Positions 15,809 to 25,010 of a stretch of 60,726 nucleotides of DNA are shown piece by piece. Position 1 is the first letter of the stretch. The number at the start of each line of letters is the position of its first letter. The translations under genes and the position numbers were made by a program. A model generated the notes under the pieces. The model searched no databases, was not told the origin of the DNA, and saw only the letters and a list, made by a program, of their open reading frames with translations. This DNA comes from a virus (Duplodnaviria > Caudoviricetes), in IMG/VR virus record IMGVR_UViG_3300033076_001100, positions 1 through 60,726 of that record; one strand, 5' to 3'.

Positions 15809-18405
15809 TGCCATCCTACTTTACCGGCAAGCGTGTCGATGACCCCGAGCTGGTGCAATCACCTGCGACGAAGTTCCACGACTTCATTCAGCAGTTCATC
15901 AACCTGCCCGTGCCGCTGAGCGTCACCTCCGTTGAGTATCAGGCGATGACCAAGGCGGAGCGGAGCAAGGCAAAGCAGGTGGGCTACGCCGTGCCCTGCA
16001 CCTTCTCCAAGTCCCCATGGCACGGGCGCAAGCTGGAGCACGCCCAGCCCTGTGACCTGCTCATCCTCGACATCGACGACGAGAACGTGGAGGCTGCGAA
16101 GAACTTCGTCTCTTCCCCCGAGCTGCTCATTGGCCTGCTCAAGCGGTTCAACTTCGCCGCTTACAAGACCATCAGCTCCACGCCGGAAGCCCCGCGCCTG
16201 CGCATCATGGTGGACGCGGCTTCGATTCCGGTGGACCAATACCCGGACGCCGTGCTGACCGTGGCCAAGATCCTCGGGCTGGACAAGGTGACACGCGAGT
16301 CAGCGATTGCGACGCAGCCCATGTTCCGCCCCTCGGTCTTCGCGGACCAAGACCCCGAGCTGGACCATCCGCTGATCGCCACGCATAACGATGGTCGCCC
16401 GTTCCGTGTTGACGACATTGTCACCGAAGACCTTCCCGGCCTTGTCTCCGGCAACAAACCAGCTCGCGCCGCCAGCACCGGGAGCCTTGACGACTTCCTC
16501 GTCTTTTTCCAGTTTCCCGTCGAGGGTGTCACACTGGAGGCGGTCAAGGAGGCGCTCACGTTCATCGACGCCGATTGCACCCGCCCGCAGTGGCTGGAGA
16601 TCGCCGCCGCCCTCAAGCACCAGTTCGCCAGCACCGCCGATGACAAGGCCTACGTGCTGTTCGATGAGTGGTCCGCCACGGGGTCCAAGTATGAGGGCGG
16701 CAAGGATACCTCCACCATCTGGCGCTCATTCAAGGAGCAGGCACGGGGGCGTGCGCCAGTGACCATCCGCTCGCTGCTCAAGCGTGCCGTCGAGGGCGGG
16801 TGGAACAGTGACCCGGTGAAGGAGAGCGGCTACAAGGCCGTGTCCGACTGGATTCAGTATCAGGCCAAAAGCGCCATGCAGCTCATGAGCGAAGGAGCCA
16901 AACGCATCGCCGCCGCCCCGCTGCTCTCGCAGGTGGAGGAGGGGTGCTTGGTTCAGACGTTGGTGCAGAAGTCAAAACAAGACTTCCACCACCCGCTCTC
17001 CGCCATGGACCTGAAACGGGAGATCAAGCGCCACAAGAACAGCATCCAAGCCAAGAAGCAGGAGAGCAATGAGATCGTGTTCCCGCCGTGGACGCTGGGC
17101 ATCGTCTATATAGCTGCCACCAATTCGTTTCTGCGCCACCGCACCCGGCAACACTATAGCCGGGAAGCATTTGACGCGATGTTCTCACGCAAGCTGCTGC
17201 CCACCGTCGAGGAACTGGAGAAGGCTGACAAGGAGATCAACGAGACCACGCTCAACACGCCCAAGTTTAAGCCGGGCGACTACCTTCTCCAACACCTCAA
17301 ATGCCAGACGGTGGACGATGTGACCTACAATCCCGCCGAACCCGAGGAAATCATCATCCGCGAAGATGGGAAGAATTACGTCAACATGTACCGTCGAAGC
17401 TACCGGGAGGCCGACAAAGCTTTGGCCAGCTACGCCTCCGACCTGCTCGACGAGCACCTCTACAACACCATCATCGAACCGGAGTACCGGACTATATACT
17501 TGGACTGGATGGCCCACAACGTCCAGTTCCCCGGCGTAAAAATCCGCTGGGTAATCTTGGAGCAGGGTGGCGAAGGCTCCGGCAAGACCATGAAGTTCCA
17601 GATCATGCGCGCCGTGCTGGGAAACGACAACGTGAAGCTCATCAACCCCGATTCCATCAAGAAGGGGTGGAACGAGTGGGTGTTCGGCAGCCAGCTCGTG
17701 GGCATCGAGGAGCTTCGCGTGGCCGGTCAGAACCGCCACGAGATCATGAACACGCTGAAGGAGCCGATCACCAACGACTACGTGCCGGTGAACCAGCGAG
17801 CCCGTGATACCCGTGACGTGCGCAACGTGACCAACTACATCGCTTTTACCAACTTCCACGACGCCGTGGTGGTGGGCGACGACAGCCGCCGCTGGTGCAT
17901 CATCAAGTCCAGGCTCCAGCACAAGGAGCAGATCCGTGAGCTGGTGGCGCGTGACCCCGAATACTTCTCCCGTCTGGGAGACAGCTTCACCACCCATGCC
18001 GCAGGATACCGTTATGTGCTGGAAAACCGTACCATCAGCAGCAGCTTCAAACCCAACGGCCCGGCACCCACGACGAAGTACTTGCAGGAGATGATCGCCG
18101 ACACCAGCGACGACCTGACCGTGGTGCTCAAGGACATCATCGAGAAGGGCGAGAGCCCGCTCATCGGCAGCGACGTGCTCGCGTTCGGAGTCCTCAAGAA
18201 CGCCATGGAGTCCGAGGGCATTCACAACATCTCCCAGAAGCACCTTACCCACATTCTCCGCAACGCGGGGTACGCTCCGGTGGGCAAGCACACCATCATT
18301 GGCAGCCGTCAGTCCGTGTGGGCACGCGAAGACCGGACGCACGGTGAAGATCCCGTGAGAATGTTGTTGCAGCGGGCTGAAAATTCATCCAACATAGAGG
18401 CATGA
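15808..18405 (+). CDS. Primase-helicase (prim-pol-like N-terminus, PriCT-2, SF3/DUF5906-type NTPase)
   Basis: LILDID; PRLRI; WLEIAAALK..FDEWS..GSKY (PriCT-2); GGEGSGKT; IEE; LKEPIT; FTN; DSRRW. Confidence 0.88.
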   Translation: MPSYFTGKRVDDPELVQSPATKFHDFIQQFINLPVPLSVTSVEYQAMTKAERSKAKQVGYAVPCTFSKSPWHGRKLEHAQPCDLLILDIDDENVEAAKNFVSSPELLIGLLKRFNFAAYKTISSTPEAPRLRIMVDAASIPVDQYPDAVLTVAKILGLDKVTRESAIATQPMFRPSVFADQDPELDHPLIATHNDGRPFRVDDIVTEDLPGLVSGNKPARAASTGSLDDFLVFFQFPVEGVTLEAVKEALTFIDADCTRPQWLEIAAALKHQFASTADDKAYVLFDEWSATGSKYEGGKDTSTIWRSFKEQARGRAPVTIRSLLKRAVEGGWNSDPVKESGYKAVSDWIQYQAKSAMQLMSEGAKRIAAAPLLSQVEEGCLVQTLVQKSKQDFHHPLSAMDLKREIKRHKNSIQAKKQESNEIVFPPWTLGIVYIAATNSFLRHRTRQHYSREAFDAMFSRKLLPTVEELEKADKEINETTLNTPKFKPGDYLLQHLKCQTVDDVTYNPAEPEEIIIREDGKNYVNMYRRSYREADKALASYASDLLDEHLYNTIIEPEYRTIYLDWMAHNVQFPGVKIRWVILEQGGEGSGKTMKFQIMRAVLGNDNVKLINPDSIKKGWNEWVFGSQLVGIEELRVAGQNRHEIMNTLKEPITNDYVPVNQRARDTRDVRNVTNYIAFTNFHDAVVVGDDSRRWCIIKSRLQHKEQIRELVARDPEYFSRLGDSFTTHAAGYRYVLENRTISSSFKPNGPAPTTKYLQEMIADTSDDLTVVLKDIIEKGESPLIGSDVLAFGVLKNAMESEGIHNISQKHLTHILRNAGYAPVGKHTIIGSRQSVWAREDRTHGEDPVRMLLQRAENSSNIEA

Positions 18406-19148
18406 CCGAAGCCGAGTTCATCCAACTGCTGCAACAGCACGACTGGTATTTCCAGCAGGCCGATGACAGCCGCGCCTATGCCGCCGGTCAGCGTTCACAA
18501 AACACCCTTCTATATATCTGCCAGAAACAGCCCGAGCTGTTCCGGCTTTACAACCACGCGGACAACTGCTCCATCCGGGGCGTTTCTTTTGACTTTCCAT
18601 CCGTCTCCACGTCGGCGGCGGTAGAAAACACCAACAACAAACCACACACCACTACCATCATGAAGCCCATCTTCACTGAGTTCTTTGAAATCTGCATCAA
18701 GCCGCTGATCGACGCCATCGACCGAGCCACCGCTGCACTCATCCGCACACCCCTCGGCGACGCTGCACCCGAGGCACTCGTTGACAAGCCCGCACGCAAG
18801 CCCAAGGCTGAGAAAGCTGCACCGGCACCGGCCCCTGCGCCCGCTCCCGCACCAACGCCTGCACCGGCCCCTGCGCCCGCTCCCGCACCAACGCCTGCAC
18901 CGGCCCCTGAAACCGAGCCTGCCCCGTCACCCGACGAGCTGGACACCCATGCTGCCGAGGTCACCGAAGCCCGCATGCGTGCTACCATCAAGACCCTTGA
19001 CGACGACGCCAAGGGCAAGCTGAAGCTCTTCATCACCAAAAACCTCGGCTGCAATTCCCTCGCCGAAGTGAAGCCCGAACAACGCGCCGCCCTGCACGCC
19101 CAGGCTATCAAGCTTGGTGCCACCGACGTGAACCCGGACGAACTCTAA
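18402..19148 (+). CDS. Pro/Ala-rich protein typical of the position upstream of DUF2800; may be two genes in frame (internal ATG 18660)
   Basis: HDWYFQQADD N-domain; (AP)n linker; LG..SLAEVKPEQ. Confidence 0.7.
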   Translation: MTEAEFIQLLQQHDWYFQQADDSRAYAAGQRSQNTLLYICQKQPELFRLYNHADNCSIRGVSFDFPSVSTSAAVENTNNKPHTTTIMKPIFTEFFEICIKPLIDAIDRATAALIRTPLGDAAPEALVDKPARKPKAEKAAPAPAPAPAPAPTPAPAPAPAPAPTPAPAPETEPAPSPDELDTHAAEVTEARMRATIKTLDDDAKGKLKLFITKNLGCNSLAEVKPEQRAALHAQAIKLGATDVNPDEL

Positions 19149-19167
19149 TCTGCAACCAACAACGCAG

Positions 19168-19200
19168 GCCGTCACTCCGATAAGGGGTGGCGGCTTTTTG
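19168..19200 (+). terminator. Intrinsic terminator
   Basis: GCCGTCACTCC..GGGGTGGCGGC followed by TTTTT. Confidence 0.65.
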
Positions 19201-19211
19201 AGGCACATACC

Positions 19212-19415
19212 ATGGAACATCAAGACACCAAAATAAAGTTCAGCTTCAACTGCAAGCCGTCATTTGATTTCATCACGCTAACGCTTTGTTTTGAAACGGA
19301 CGTTTGCGGAGATGTGGTGAAAGAATTTTTATCGTTCAAAGAAGCTCGCGTCAGGCAAACCCTGATTGCTCTGGGCTGGACTCCCCCAGCTCACGAAATC
19401 AAGAATTCTGCGTAA
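19212..19415 (+). CDS. AT-rich hypothetical protein
   Basis: 67 aa; LIALGWTPP. Confidence 0.55.
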   Translation: MEHQDTKIKFSFNCKPSFDFITLTLCFETDVCGDVVKEFLSFKEARVRQTLIALGWTPPAHEIKNSA

Positions 19416-19487
19416 TAATCATGTCTACATTTTTCAAGCACTGGAGCGACGACAATCTTGACGAATTGAACGCGCCAGCAACAATCA

Positions 19488-20701
19488 TGCAAAAACCCGA
19501 CACCGCACCCGAACACTCACGCCTTTCCCCGTCAAAGGCCCACACCTGGACCGAATGCACAGCCGCGCTGGCGTTCGTCAAAGCCAACGAACATCGCCTG
19601 CCGCCCGAGCGTCCCGGCCCATCCGCTGTGGAAGGAACCAAGGCTCACAAGGTGGCAGAGTGTCTGCTGCTGGGTGAGCCGGTGCCAGACTACGCCAACA
19701 AGGACATGCTGCGCCACGGCAAGGCGTACGCCGACTTCTGCCACGAGGTCATGGGTCCGAAGCCGCACGTCATCCGGTGGGCACCGGAGCAGCGCATCCC
19801 GCTCTACTACCTCAAGAGCGAACGCGGCACGGTGGACTTCCACGCTGTCACCAAGACCGGCATCCACCTCGTGGACTACAAGTACGGCTACGACCCGGTC
19901 GAGAGCGTCAACAATCTCCAGATGGCCATCTACGCCCGCTCGCTGATCGAGGATCTTTACGTGGACACCTTCTGGGACGAGTCGCCAAAAGACGACCACA
20001 TGGTCACCATGTCCATCTTTCAGCCCCGCATTGGCGTCGAGCCGCAGACGTGGAAAATCACATGGAAGGAACTGCTCAAGTTCACCGACGAACGCATCAC
20101 CCTCAAGGCCGTGTCGATCCTGAAGGGTGAGCCGGGGGTGTTCAAGTGCGCCCCGAAGGTGTGCAAGTTCTGCCGGGGGACCGCGATCTGCGAAGCCTAC
20201 AACAACGCCATGCTCGACGACTTCAAGGATGAAGTGGATATGGCCGTCAACCATGAGCAGCCCAAGCTCACCTCCGACATCACCGATGAGCGTCTGGTGG
20301 CGCTGTTCGTCAACCGCGACAAGCTGACCACTTACCTCAAGGAAGTGGAGAAGTTCGTCAACGGGCGTCTCGCCTCCGGCATGAAGCTGCCAGGGGTAAA
20401 GCAGATTTTGTCCAAGGGCGGGCACCGCAAATGGACCGATGAGGCCGCTGCCGCCAAGCTGCTGCTCGACCTGAAGCTGCCCTACGACGAGGTGTATGAG
20501 ACGAGCGTCATTACGCCAGCCGTGGCCGAGAAGCTCACCGACAAGATGAAAGGGCCGAAGATGATCGAGCTGCAACGCCTGATCATTAAACCGCCCGGCA
20601 GCCCGATGGCCGTGGCCGAGAGCGATCCTCGCCCAGCCGTGGCTGACCTGATTGACGACTTCAAGGATGTCGATCTGAGCGAAACAGAATTTTGGGATTG
20701 A
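19488..20701 (+). CDS. DUF2800 / Cas4-like PD-(D/E)XK exonuclease
   Basis: HSRLSPS..W..C; EGTKAH; GTVD; VDYKYG; NLQMAIYA; CKFC..C; start uncertain (19421 or 19488). Confidence 0.88.
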
Positions 20702-20726
20702 CGCCTCACCGATCCTATGCGAAAAT
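20698..20726 (+). promoter_or_regulatory. Possible promoter overlapping the DUF2800 stop codon
   Basis: TTGACG-N17-GAAAAT. Confidence 0.4.
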
Positions 20727-20776
20727 TTTTCCTCTGCATAACGCAGTAACCGACAACAACGCAACCCGATATATAC

Positions 20777-21379
20777 ATGAGCACCGATACCCGTGATCCG
20801 AATGTCCTCGTTCTCAAAAACGTGCGACTCAGCTACCCGAAACTGTTCAAGCCCGCACCGTTTGGTGCCGAAGGCGGTGATCCGTTTTACAGCGCCAACT
20901 TCATCCTCGACAAGAAGGCTGACGCTGACACCATCAAGGCCATCAAGGCCCGCATCGAGGCGATCAAGAAGGAAAAGTGGAAGGACAAGGCAGGCGCTGT
21001 CAAGGTCTGCCTCCGCGACGGTTCCGAGCGCGATGGTTCTGACGGCTACGGCGAGGACAAGATGTTCCTCTCCGCCAGCTCCAAGCAGGACCGCAAGCCC
21101 AAGGTGGTGGACAAGAACTACAATCCTCTGACCGCCGAGGACGGGAAGCCCTACGCTGGCTGCTACGTCCATGCCAGCATCCGCCTCTGGGCACAGGACA
21201 ACAAGTACGGCAAACGTGTGAACGCCGAGCTGCGTGTGGTCATCCATCACGCTGACGGCGAACCGTTTGGCGCTGGTGCCGTCGATGCTGAGTCTGACTT
21301 CGCAGGTGTGAACCTGGACGACGACAGCGAAGCCCCGGCCAAAAAGAAAAAGGCCGACATCTTCGACGACGAGCTGTAA
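20777..21379 (+). CDS. DUF2815 single-stranded DNA-binding protein (T7 gp2.5-like)
   Basis: NVRLSYP.LF; LRDG; YAGCYV; DGEPFG; acidic tail DIFDDEL. Confidence 0.9.
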   Translation: MSTDTRDPNVLVLKNVRLSYPKLFKPAPFGAEGGDPFYSANFILDKKADADTIKAIKARIEAIKKEKWKDKAGAVKVCLRDGSERDGSDGYGEDKMFLSASSKQDRKPKVVDKNYNPLTAEDGKPYAGCYVHASIRLWAQDNKYGKRVNAELRVVIHHADGEPFGAGAVDAESDFAGVNLDDDSEAPAKKKKADIFDDEL

Positions 21380-21473
21380 CCCTTTCCGTGCTGGGCCTGC
21401 GCTCCTTGTTATTGTACGTGGTAGCATGGTGACACGGGGCGCGGCTCAGCACGGTTTCAACCCACACAAACAC

Positions 21474-21719
21474 ATGGCCACCAATAAAAACGTCAGCCTG
21501 TCAGTTGGTCGCGGCGAGAAGCTGCCTGTCTCCAAAGGGGCAGGGCTTACCGCCAAAGGCCGTGCCAAGCTCAACCGCGAAACCGGCAGCAACCTCAAGG
21601 CTCCGGCACCTCACCCCAAGACTGAGAAGGATGCAGCACGAAAGAAGTCGTTCTGCGCCCGCTCGGAAGGTTGGACCGGTGAACGCGGCAAGGCAGCCCG
21701 CAAACGCTGGGCCTGCTAG
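21474..21719 (+). CDS. Small basic protein (DUF6321-like)
   Basis: GAGLTAKGRAKLNRETGSNLKAP..RKKSFCAR..RKRWAC. Confidence 0.75.
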   Translation: MATNKNVSLSVGRGEKLPVSKGAGLTAKGRAKLNRETGSNLKAPAPHPKTEKDAARKKSFCARSEGWTGERGKAARKRWAC

Positions 21720-21764
21720 CTAGTAAAGTTTTACCTCGTTCTTTTCAAAAACGGGGTGCCTTTA

Positions 21765-22003
21765 GAAAACAGAGTTCAGCGGCGGCGTTGGGGTGCTGTA
21801 ATACGCATCCGTGTTTTTAGAGATGACATCAAAGAAAACATTGAAACGCGGGGCTTGCGCCTATTGAAGGGAGCGATGCATCCGGCCCACGAGGCTTAGA
21901 ATCTCGATAGCAGGAGGAACCTGCCCGCTGAACTCTGTTTTCCACACGCAGGTCGTTCCAGCGATATATCGAACGCAAACGTAGCACGTTTGGGCCTGCA
22001 CCA
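21765..22003 (+). ncRNA. Candidate structured ncRNA(s): 18-bp IR-closed domain plus tRNA-like mini-element
   Basis: GAAAACAGAGTTCAGCGG / CCGCTGAACTCTGTTTTC; then GCAGGTC..GGCCTGC-A-CCA. Confidence 0.45.
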
Positions 22004-22017
22004 ATTTTTACTATCAC

Positions 22018-24078
22018 ATGGCCTCCCTCTATCATCTGGATTATGAAACAAGATCCGCTGCCGACATCAAGGCGGTGGGCGCTTTCCGCTACGCCGAAGA
22101 CCCGAGCACCGAGATCGTGTGCGCCGCCATCGCCCGAGACGACGAGCAGCCGTTGCTCTGGGTGAACCCCAAGTTTGAGTTCGACGACATGTACGAGTGC
22201 CGGTCATCGCCGGGTGTCGAGGAGCTGCTCAAGGAGATGAACGAGAGCAACGCCCCGGTGTATGCGCACAACTCCCCGTTTGAACACAGTATCACCAACC
22301 ACTGTCCCAACAACCACTGGTTCCGTATCGGCATCAACCGCTGGCGATGCACTGCCGCCATGGCCCGTCGTGCCGCGATCCCTGCCTCACTGGAGAAGGC
22401 AGCCGAGACGCTCGGACTGGCGGAGCAGAAGGACCGCCGGGGCAAGAGTCTCATCACCAAGTTCTCGATCCCCAAGACGGATGGCACGTTCACCCAGCCC
22501 ATCGAACGTCAGGCTGACTTCATCGATTTCTGCAACTACTGCCTTCAGGATGTGCGCGTGGAGCAGGGCATCCATCAGGCGCTCAAGCACTTCGAGATGA
22601 CCGGCGATGTCCTTGCGGCGTTCCAAGCCGACATGGCCATCAACAGCCGTGGGCTGCCCGTCAACGTGGACGCGCTGATGCACGCGCAGAAGCTGATCGA
22701 CGCCAAGGAGGAGGAGCTAAGCCAGCGGTTCCGCGAGCTGACCGGATTCAGTCATGGGCAGAACAAGGTGTACCTCGACTGGCTCAGGGAGCACGGCTAC
22801 CAGGGTGACAACTTGCAGGCAGGCACAATCGACGAGCAGCTCGAAGGCGCGGTGTCCGACATCCCCGAGGTTGGTGAGTCGCTGCGTCTGAAGCAGGCGC
22901 TGTCTTTTGCTGCCGTGAAGAAGATCAAGGCCATGATCCGCTGCGCCTCAGATGACAACCGCGTGCGCGGGTCGTTGCAGTTCTACGGTGCCGCCACCGG
23001 GCGGTGGAGCGGCAAGCTGATCCAGCCGCAGAACTTCAAGAAGACTCCCAAGGAGGGATGGACTCACCAGATGTACGCCGACCTGCGAAACAAGTGCAGC
23101 ACGTCCCACATCGAGCTGTTCTACGGCGGACTGCTGGAGTCGCTGTCCTACTGCATCCGCCACTTCATCCACGACCCCGAGGTCGAGCTGTTCGACGTTG
23201 ACTTCAGCGCAATCGAGGCGCGCATCAACGCCTGGCTCGCCAACGAGGAGTGGAAGCTGGAGGTGTTCAGGACTCACGGCAAGATCTACGAGGCGACCAT
23301 CTGCCGCATGACCGGCATGCCGCTGGAGGAGATGCTCGACTACAAGAAGCGCACCGGCAAACACCACCCTGACCGGTTCAAGGGGAAGGTGAGTGAACTG
23401 GCCCTTGGGTATCAGGGTGGAGAAGGCGCACTCGTGAAGATGGGGGCTATCGACATGGGGCTCAAGGAGGAGGAGCTGGACGGGATCAAGGAGTCATGGC
23501 GTGAAGCCAACCCCAACATCGTCGCCATGTGGCACGCCTACGAAGCCACCGCCAAGAAGGTGATCCAGCAGCCCGGTCTCCGCGTGTCAGTGAACCGTGT
23601 TGAGATGTTCTGCGCCAAGACCGCAGGCAGCCCCTACCTGTTCATCAAGCTGCCCAGTGGCCGTCGTTTGGCCTACCGCAACCCGCAGGTTCACAACAAG
23701 CAGGTGAAGGACAAGAAGGGCAAACCGGTCTTTGAGGACGAGGAAAAGACGAGGCCCAAGATGAAGCCGTCCATCCGCTACTGGGGTCCGCTTGAAGGCA
23801 AGGCCACGTACGGCTGGGTCGACCTGTATGGCGGGAAGATCACGGAAAACGTGTGCCAGGCGGTGGCCGCCGACCTCATGGCCAGCGGCACCGTCAACGC
23901 CGAGAAGGCGGGCATCGAGGTTGCCACGCTGATCCATGACCAGTGCCTCGCCTACAAGCGCGGGAACCACACGCTGCAAGAACTCTGTGACTGCCTGACC
24001 GATCTGCCATCATGGGCCGAGGGGTTGCCTTTCGCAGTTGATGGAAGTGTTCAACCCTACTACACCAAGGAAGACTGA
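22018..24078 (+). CDS. Family A DNA polymerase with 3'-5' exonuclease (APSE-type)
   Basis: DYETRS, AHNSPFE, YCLQDV, TGRWSG, QPQN, DFSAIEAR, KVSELALGY, IHDQ. Confidence 0.95.
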   Translation: MASLYHLDYETRSAADIKAVGAFRYAEDPSTEIVCAAIARDDEQPLLWVNPKFEFDDMYECRSSPGVEELLKEMNESNAPVYAHNSPFEHSITNHCPNNHWFRIGINRWRCTAAMARRAAIPASLEKAAETLGLAEQKDRRGKSLITKFSIPKTDGTFTQPIERQADFIDFCNYCLQDVRVEQGIHQALKHFEMTGDVLAAFQADMAINSRGLPVNVDALMHAQKLIDAKEEELSQRFRELTGFSHGQNKVYLDWLREHGYQGDNLQAGTIDEQLEGAVSDIPEVGESLRLKQALSFAAVKKIKAMIRCASDDNRVRGSLQFYGAATGRWSGKLIQPQNFKKTPKEGWTHQMYADLRNKCSTSHIELFYGGLLESLSYCIRHFIHDPEVELFDVDFSAIEARINAWLANEEWKLEVFRTHGKIYEATICRMTGMPLEEMLDYKKRTGKHHPDRFKGKVSELALGYQGGEGALVKMGAIDMGLKEEELDGIKESWREANPNIVAMWHAYEATAKKVIQQPGLRVSVNRVEMFCAKTAGSPYLFIKLPSGRRLAYRNPQVHNKQVKDKKGKPVFEDEEKTRPKMKPSIRYWGPLEGKATYGWVDLYGGKITENVCQAVAADLMASGTVNAEKAGIEVATLIHDQCLAYKRGNHTLQELCDCLTDLPSWAEGLPFAVDGSVQPYYTKED

Positions 24079-24094
24079 TGAAAACCTGCACCAC

Positions 24095-24448
24095 ATGCAA
24101 CAACACGATCAAAACCGACGAAACGGACGCCGACTTTCTGCGCTGCAAAGCCTGCCGCTCGAAAAGGACATCGAGCGCAGAGTCTGCGACTACGCGAAAA
24201 GCAAAGGCTGCTACGTCCGCAAGTTCACGTCGCCCAACAATCGTAGCGTTCCCGACCGTCTCTTCGTCTCGCCGGGCGGCAGCGTCGGGTTCCTCGAACT
24301 GAAGCGGCAGGGACAGAAACCAACCAAGGCCCAGCTCCACGAGATCGCGCTGCTTCAGTCAGTGCGTGCCAACGTCTCGTGGTGCGACAACGTGGCCGAC
24401 GGCAAACGATTTATCGACGACCTCATATCGAAAGACTTCTGGGCATGA
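24095..24448 (+). CDS. VRR-NUC domain nuclease
   Basis: EKDIE..KFTSP..VPDRL..FLELKR..PTKAQ; start uncertain. Confidence 0.88.
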   Translation: MQQHDQNRRNGRRLSALQSLPLEKDIERRVCDYAKSKGCYVRKFTSPNNRSVPDRLFVSPGGSVGFLELKRQGQKPTKAQLHEIALLQSVRANVSWCDNVADGKRFIDDLISKDFWA

Positions 24449-24915
24449 GACTCATCAAAAACAAAAAGCCCGGACGGTGCCCCGTGTTCCGCTGCCGCAA
24501 TCTGCCGAGGAACATCAAGGACCATCCAAAGAGCTGCCAGCTTTGCGGCTCCCACGCCAAGGAGCTGTGGCGCATCCGCAACCCTGTGCATGCGGCCTAC
24601 GACAACCTGCGGCATCACGCCCGCCAGCGGAAGATTGAGTTCACTCTGACACTAGCTCACTTCCGTGAAATCGTTGAGCCGACCCGCTACATCGACGACA
24701 AGGGTTGTGAACGTCACAAGCTTCACATCGACCGGATGGACGCTTCGCTCGGTTACGTCGATGGCAACATCTGCGTGCTGACCTGCTCCGAGAACGCGGG
24801 CAAGGACAACAACCGACGCCGGTTTGTGGATCAGAAGATCAAACGGTATGAAGAGGAGCACGATGCGGACGACTCCGGGCTTGAGCATGCACCACAGGAA
24901 GGAGATCCGTTCTGA
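24445..24915 (+). CDS. HNH-like endonuclease with N-terminal Cys cluster
   Basis: IEFTLT; HIDRMDASLGYVDGNI..C.EN..K. Confidence 0.7.
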   Translation: MRLIKNKKPGRCPVFRCRNLPRNIKDHPKSCQLCGSHAKELWRIRNPVHAAYDNLRHHARQRKIEFTLTLAHFREIVEPTRYIDDKGCERHKLHIDRMDASLGYVDGNICVLTCSENAGKDNNRRRFVDQKIKRYEEEHDADDSGLEHAPQEGDPF

Positions 24916-24917
24916 AG

Positions 24918-24946
24918 TTGACGGGCTCCCGCTTGCCATCTATAAA
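24918..24946 (+). promoter_or_regulatory. Sigma70-like promoter followed by a GAAGCGCG/CGCGCTTC hairpin
   Basis: TTGACG-N17-TATAAA. Confidence 0.65.
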
Positions 24947-25010
24947 TGGCGAAGCGCGAGGCAGTCTGTAGCTCCCCCGCGCTTCTAACCTGATCCCATG
25001 TCTTACCCTC

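Noticed and set aside
18820-18910. 36-bp tandem duplication
   Set aside because: Encodes an Ala-Pro linker; ordinary slippage.
19488-20701. Cas4-like nuclease as part of a CRISPR-Cas system
   Set aside because: Standard DUF2800-DUF2815-PolA replication cassette; no other cas genes or array seen.
19532-21427. 631-aa antisense ORF, and similar long ORFs at 43210..44946, 55603..57747 and 17185..18342
   Set aside because: Antisense shadows of genes with GC-rich third positions; no recognisable motifs.
23935-23943. Polymerase motif C reads HDQ instead of HDE
   Set aside because: The catalytic Asp is retained; a single substitution is not enough to claim altered function.
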